Of a stretch of 27,323 nucleotides of DNA, positions 24,412 to 27,323 are shown piece after piece. Position 1 is the stretch's first letter; the number at the start of each line of letters is the position of its first letter. Source of the stretch: Polyangiaceae bacterium. Its GTDB lineage: Bacteria > Myxococcota_A > Polyangia > Polyangiales > Polyangiaceae. The notes beneath the pieces were generated by a model. The model was not told the origin of the DNA. It searched no databases and saw nothing but the letters and a program-made list of their open reading frames with translations. The stretch lies in the NCBI GenBank assembly GCA_044222475.1, contig JBGANF010000107.1, positions 1-27,323 on the forward strand, written 5' to 3'. Both the position numbers and the translations under genes were made by a program.

Positions 24412-24647
24412 AAGCCAGCGTCGTCGTTCGTCTCAAGCCCGAGGTCCTCGATCCCCAAGGTGACGCCGTTCGCAAAGCGCTCGAGAAGCTCGGCTTCTCC
24501 GGCATCAAGGGCGTGCGCGTCGGCAAGGTCATCGAGATCGAGCTCGACGACGCGGCCGCCGGCGGCGATCTGAAGGCACGCCTCGGCAAGATGGCCGACG
24601 AGATGCTGGCGAACCCGGTGACCGAGGACTTCGAGGTAAAGGCCTAG
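24408..24647 (+). CDS. purS: Phosphoribosylformylglycinamidine synthase subunit PurS (79 aa)
   Basis: The GTG overlaps the purC TGA. Motifs [19 protein letters not shown] and LANPVTEDF. Confidence 0.93.
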   Translation: MKASVVVRLKPEVLDPQGDAVRKALEKLGFSGIKGVRVGKVIEIELDDAAAGGDLKARLGKMADEMLANPVTEDFEVKA

Positions 24648-25132
24648 AACCGGACGAACACGACCGGCGCGCTCGCCGTCAGCGTGATCTCCGTGTCGCC
24701 CAGGTGAATCCAGGTGTCCATCGCGCCGAGCGGCAGCTCGTTCAGCGTGACGGCCTCGAGCGCGAACACCGCGACGTTGCCGCGATGGGTGGTCGTCGTT
24801 CCTATCTCGGTCTCGGCTCGCCCGCGCGCGACGCGCGACATCACGTTGAGGTCGCGCGTGCTCCCGCTTCCCGCCGTGCTCATCGCGACGCCACCGGAGA
24901 ACGAGAACACCCGGTGCTTCACGAGCGGCTTCCCCTCGAGCGTGAGCGCGCTGTCGTCGAGTGGGATCAACGCGCGAAGATACCCCGGGAACCGCGAGAA
25001 CTCCTGTGGTCCGTCGATCCGAGCGACGCTGAGTCGCAGGTCGAACGGATCCCCGCCCCAGCGCCAGATCTCGTGGGTGACTCCCCGTCCGTTCTTCCAC
25101 CGCTGCTCGGACCAAGCCGCGGGCCGGATCAC
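24644..25132 (-). CDS. HutD/Ves family protein (162 aa)
   Basis: The GTG overlaps the M13 peptidase TGA. RWKNGRGVTHEI, FDLRLSVARI, FSRFPGYLR and TRDLNVM are HutD signatures. Confidence 0.85.
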   Translation of the reverse strand: MIRPAAWSEQRWKNGRGVTHEIWRWGGDPFDLRLSVARIDGPQEFSRFPGYLRALIPLDDSALTLEGKPLVKHRVFSFSGGVAMSTAGSGSTRDLNVMSRVARGRAETEIGTTTTHRGNVAVFALEAVTLNELPLGAMDTWIHLGDTEITLTASAPVVFVRF

Positions 25133-27282
25133 CACACCTTGCATCGCTTCGCCGGCACCATGGCCTGGCCCGCCTTGCACGAGAACGCGGCTTCGAACTC
25201 GGGGAAGTTCGCCGCGACGCCGTCGATGCGGTAGCGCCCCGGCGAGTGCACGTTGGTGAGCGCGTCGGCCCGAAGGTTCTCGGGCCGCTGGTTCTCGCAC
25301 GCCCACTGGGCCATCCCGATCCAGAAGCGCTGGTCGGGCGTGAAGCCGTCGATCGACTCGGGCTTCTTGCCCTCGAGAGTCTTTCGCCACGCGACCAGCG
25401 CGAGCATCGTGCCGCCGAGATCGGCGATGTCTTCGCCGTTCGTCATCTCGCCGTTGATCTTGATGTCGTCGACGATCGTGTACGTCGAGTACTGATCGCT
25501 CACGCACTTCGCGCGCGTCTCGAACGCGGGCGCGTCGGTCTTGGTCCACCAGTCGCGCAGGTTGCCCTTGGAGTCGAAGTGGCGACCGGAGTCGTCGAAG
25601 CCGTGGGTGAGCTCGTGACCGATCGTCGCGCCGGTGTTCCCGTAGTTCGGCGCGTCGTCGAGCTTCACGTCGTAGAGCGGCGGCTGGAGGACGCCGGCCG
25701 GGAAGTTCATGTCGTTCATCTGCGGGTCGTAGTAGGCGTTCACCGTCGGCGGCGTCATGAACCACTCGCTGCGATCCACGGGCTTGCCGATCTTCGCGAG
25801 CCACCGCTTCGCCTCGAACGCGCTCGCGCGCTGCGCGTTGCCGGCGAAGTCGTCGCGGGCGACCGTCACCGCGCCGTAGTCGCGGAATTTCTCCGGGAAA
25901 CCGATCTTGTTGACCATGGCGTGGAGCTTCGCGAGCGCCTCGCGCTTGGTGGCCGCGCTCATCCACGCCTCGCCTTGGAGCGTGGCCTCCATCGCCTTCT
26001 CGATGCGCTGGGTCATGTCGAGCACCCGCGTGCGCGTGGTCGTCGCGAACGCGCGTTGGACGAACTCTTGACCGAGCGCTTCGCCGAGCTGCTCGTCGAC
26101 CAGGGCGACGCACCGCTTCCAGCGCGGCTTCTGCTCGGTCGCTCCGCGCAGCGTGTGCGAGAAGAAGTCGAAGTTTTCGTCGACGAACGCCTTCGAGAGA
26201 AAGCGCGCGCGCGCGTGCACGAGGTGCCAACGCAGGTACGCCTTCCAATCGGCGATCGGCACCGTCTTCGCGAGCAGCTCGACCCGAGCGAGGAACGCGG
26301 GCTCTTCGACGTTGAGCGACGCGAGGCTTCCGACGCCGAGGCCCGCGAAGTAGCCCTTCCAGTCGAAGTCGGGCACGTCTTGCGCGAGCTTCGTGACCTG
26401 CGTGCGGTGGAACAGCTTTCGCGGATCGCGCTTCTCGGTGCGGGTGAGCGACGCCTCGGCGAGGCGCGTCTCGAGCGCGACGATGTCGCCCGCTTCGCGA
26501 GCGGCGACGTCACGAGGGTCGCCAAGAAGCACGAGCATGCGCGTGACGTGAGCGAGGTACTTCGCGCGGATCTCGACCGAGCGCGCGTCGGTCTTCGTGT
26601 AGAAGTCGCGATCGGGCAGTCCGAGACCGCCGGCGCCGGTGTCGGCGACCATCATCGCGGAGTTCTCGAAGTCCTGTTGGGCCGAGAACCCGAAGAGGTA
26701 CCCCGGGTCGCCGCCGTCGGCCGTCTGAAGCTTGGCGAGGAGCGGACCGAGGTCGCTCGGTTTCCCGAGCCCGTCGATCGCCGCGAGGTCGGCGGCGAGC
26801 GGAGTTGCGCCGCGCTTCTCGACGGCGCTCTCGTCCATGCACGCGGCGAAGTAGTCGCCGATCTTCTGCTGCGCCGGGGTGCGCTTCGGGTCGGCGCCCT
26901 GGAGATCGGAGAGGATGCCCCAGAGGTACCGGCGGTTGTCGTTGCCGAGCTTGCCGTAGACGCTCCACGACGACTGGTCCGGCGGGATCGGGTTGTTCTT
27001 CATCCAGCCGCCGCACGCGTACTGGTAGAGGCTGACGCAAGGGTCGGCCGTGGTGTCCATCGCGGCGCGATCGAGGCTCGGCGTGTAGGGGAGCGCGGTG
27101 AGCGGAGTCTCGGTCGGCTTCGCGGCGACGGCGGCGTCGACGACTGGGGGCGCCGACGCGTCGACGACGGGCAACGCGCTCGCGCTGGGGGTCGGCACCG
27201 GATCGGGCGACTTCTGGGCGCCTGCGCAGGCGGCGACGACGAGGGCGAGTAGAGTCGACCCGACCCAACGAAGGTTTCGCAT
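25129..27282 (-). CDS. M13 family metallopeptidase (neprilysin/PepO-like) lipoprotein (717 aa)
   Basis: Lipobox LVVAAC, then DPCVSLYQYACGGW, GLGLPDRDFY, VNAYY, GHELTHGFDD (HExxH), GEDIADLGG and HSPGRYR. Confidence 0.95.
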   Translation of the reverse strand: MRNLRWVGSTLLALVVAACAGAQKSPDPVPTPSASALPVVDASAPPVVDAAVAAKPTETPLTALPYTPSLDRAAMDTTADPCVSLYQYACGGWMKNNPIPPDQSSWSVYGKLGNDNRRYLWGILSDLQGADPKRTPAQQKIGDYFAACMDESAVEKRGATPLAADLAAIDGLGKPSDLGPLLAKLQTADGGDPGYLFGFSAQQDFENSAMMVADTGAGGLGLPDRDFYTKTDARSVEIRAKYLAHVTRMLVLLGDPRDVAAREAGDIVALETRLAEASLTRTEKRDPRKLFHRTQVTKLAQDVPDFDWKGYFAGLGVGSLASLNVEEPAFLARVELLAKTVPIADWKAYLRWHLVHARARFLSKAFVDENFDFFSHTLRGATEQKPRWKRCVALVDEQLGEALGQEFVQRAFATTTRTRVLDMTQRIEKAMEATLQGEAWMSAATKREALAKLHAMVNKIGFPEKFRDYGAVTVARDDFAGNAQRASAFEAKRWLAKIGKPVDRSEWFMTPPTVNAYYDPQMNDMNFPAGVLQPPLYDVKLDDAPNYGNTGATIGHELTHGFDDSGRHFDSKGNLRDWWTKTDAPAFETRAKCVSDQYSTYTIVDDIKINGEMTNGEDIADLGGTMLALVAWRKTLEGKKPESIDGFTPDQRFWIGMAQWACENQRPENLRADALTNVHSPGRYRIDGVAANFPEFEAAFSCKAGQAMVPAKRCKVW

Positions 27283-27323
27283 GGGAACGGTTCTACATCG
27301 CGAACGGGGTCGGCATGAAGAGC

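Noticed and set aside
1..27323. CRISPR array, IS element or riboswitch
   Set aside because: No regularly spaced direct repeats, transposase ORF or long untranslated leader with recognisable structure was found. The largest intergenic gaps are under 180 bp.

Overview
This is a GC-rich chromosomal window, most likely from a myxobacterium (Polyangia-like). That call rests on a MYXO-CTERM sorting signal, many lipoproteins and a sigma54 promoter. It holds 23 supportable CDSs and one tRNA-Leu(TAG), with no integrase, transposase or CRISPR array. The centrepiece is a complete yeh-type module on the minus strand: DUF4132 (YehI/MolR-like) ... nucleotidyltransferase - YehL MoxR AAA+ - YehM/DUF5682 - YehP vWA - YehQ double-SWIM. 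This conserved machine has no known function, and here it sits next to a pol-beta-fold nucleotidyltransferase. Flanking genes include a stand-alone DnaB N-terminal domain, an orphan PhnD-like binding protein with no signal peptide, a MYXO-CTERM phosphodiester glycosidase, an IgGFc-binding lipoprotein, an amidohydrolase, two SDRs, a CBS protein, purC-purS, a HutD-like protein and an M13 peptidase. Seven genes have a TAnnnT -10 box 6-8 nt before the start codon and no clear Shine-Dalgarno, which suggests widespread leaderless mRNAs. All family calls come from motif recognition by eye; no searches were run.
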